Shown here: positions 55,485 to 56,174 of the stretch, piece after piece
Position numbering within the stretch: position 1 is the stretch's first letter
Layout: every line of letters begins with the position of its first letter
IMG/VR virus record: IMGVR_UViG_3300027906_000005
Source of the DNA: an uncultured virus (IMG/VR IMGVR_UViG_3300027906_000005)
Taxonomy: Duplodnaviria > Heunggongvirae > Uroviricota > Caudoviricetes
Length of the DNA stretch: 56,174 nt
Reading direction: 5' to 3' (one strand)
Made by a program: the position numbers and the translations under genes
Notes under the pieces: model-generated
What the model was told of the DNA's origin: nothing
Seen by the model: only the letters and a program-made list of their open reading frames with translations
The model's database searches: none

Positions 55485-55525
55485 CCAAGAAACCAAATTC
55501 AAACTTATCCCCAAAAGGAAGTATC

Positions 55526-56174
55526 ATGTCTTATTTAAAGCAACAGGATCGGATTCGCAATATCCGAGATCTTATCGACGAGCTAGAACTCGCTGGTAAA
55601 TTTACCAAACTAGCTAAAGGAATAGCAGAAGGTAAAGAACCTCTTGTAGAAGAGGAATTAGATCCAAAAGATCTATCAATTAGTAAATTCTATCAGAGAC
55701 AGTTTTCAGTAAATGCTCTGAATAGTTACAAAATATTCAATCACCAACTCGCTCGTGATGTTGTGGTGGCAGTTAGACCTAAAGCATTAGGTGGTCATAA
55801 ACTAGTCATCGACGGACAACACACTGCGGGTCTTGCCATTTATAGCGAGGCGGTGGACAAAATCAAATGTAATGTCCTCTATCATCCTGAGGATAGGTCG
55901 AAAGAAGAGTGCATCAAAGTTGAAGGTGAACTCTTTCACGCATATAATACACAGCGTAAGAATCCTAGCCTGATCGATAAGTATCGTGCTGGTTTGTGCT
56001 TTGATGAACCTCAAGCAGTTCAATTCAACAACCGTCTTACATCTTGTAACTTGCAGGTTGATGGACTAGGAGATCTCGATGGAGATAGCTTAGCAACATC
56101 AGGTGCAACTCGTTTCGATAAGTGCGTTAAGCAATACGATACTGATGAAGTGGACTACGGTGCATTCATCAATA
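55526..56174 (+). CDS. ParB/Srx-like domain protein, 3'-truncated (absent from ORF track)
   Basis: Open frame from the ATG at 55526 (MSYLKQQDRIRN...) to the window end; motifs 'YQR', 'VIDGQHT' and 'EGELF..YN.QRK'; RBS AAGGA. Confidence 0.75.
   Translation, partial: MSYLKQQDRIRNIRDLIDELELAGKFTKLAKGIAEGKEPLVEEELDPKDLSISKFYQRQFSVNALNSYKIFNHQLARDVVVAVRPKALGGHKLVIDGQHTAGLAIYSEAVDKIKCNVLYHPEDRSKEECIKVEGELFHAYNTQRKNPSLIDKYRAGLCFDEPQAVQFNNRLTSCNLQVDGLGDLDGDSLATSGATRFDKCVKQYDTDEVDYGAFIN

Overview
The window is a 56-kb segment of an AT-rich T4-like cyanobacterial myovirus genome (Kyanoviridae-type; inferred from gene order and protein motifs). All credible genes are on the + strand. Positions 1-29.5 kb form a variable virion/fibre region: a truncated large structural protein, a 4200-aa fibre-like giant, distal fibre subunits and chaperones, a U32-family/methyltransferase fusion, a 2OG-Fe(II) oxygenase and a subtilisin-Ig fusion. 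Positions 29.5-44.2 kb are the core morphogenesis module (gp13-gp23). From 44.2 kb on lie gp3, uvsY, uvsW, gp55, gp47, gp46, a HEXXH/vWA protein and a truncated ParB-like gene missing from the ORF track. The most striking observations are: (i) recursive 'Russian-doll' domain nesting in the 4200-aa protein, including three helical domains with phycobiliprotein-like motifs; (ii) a fibre-linked candidate hydroxylation/methylation module; (iii) complete type-1 copper ligand sets in two structural proteins; (iv) a tandem-hairpin leader upstream of the ParB-like gene; (v) an NtcA-like box with a leader peptide ahead of a twin-CX3C mini-protein. All assignments come from motif reading by eye; no database searches were run.
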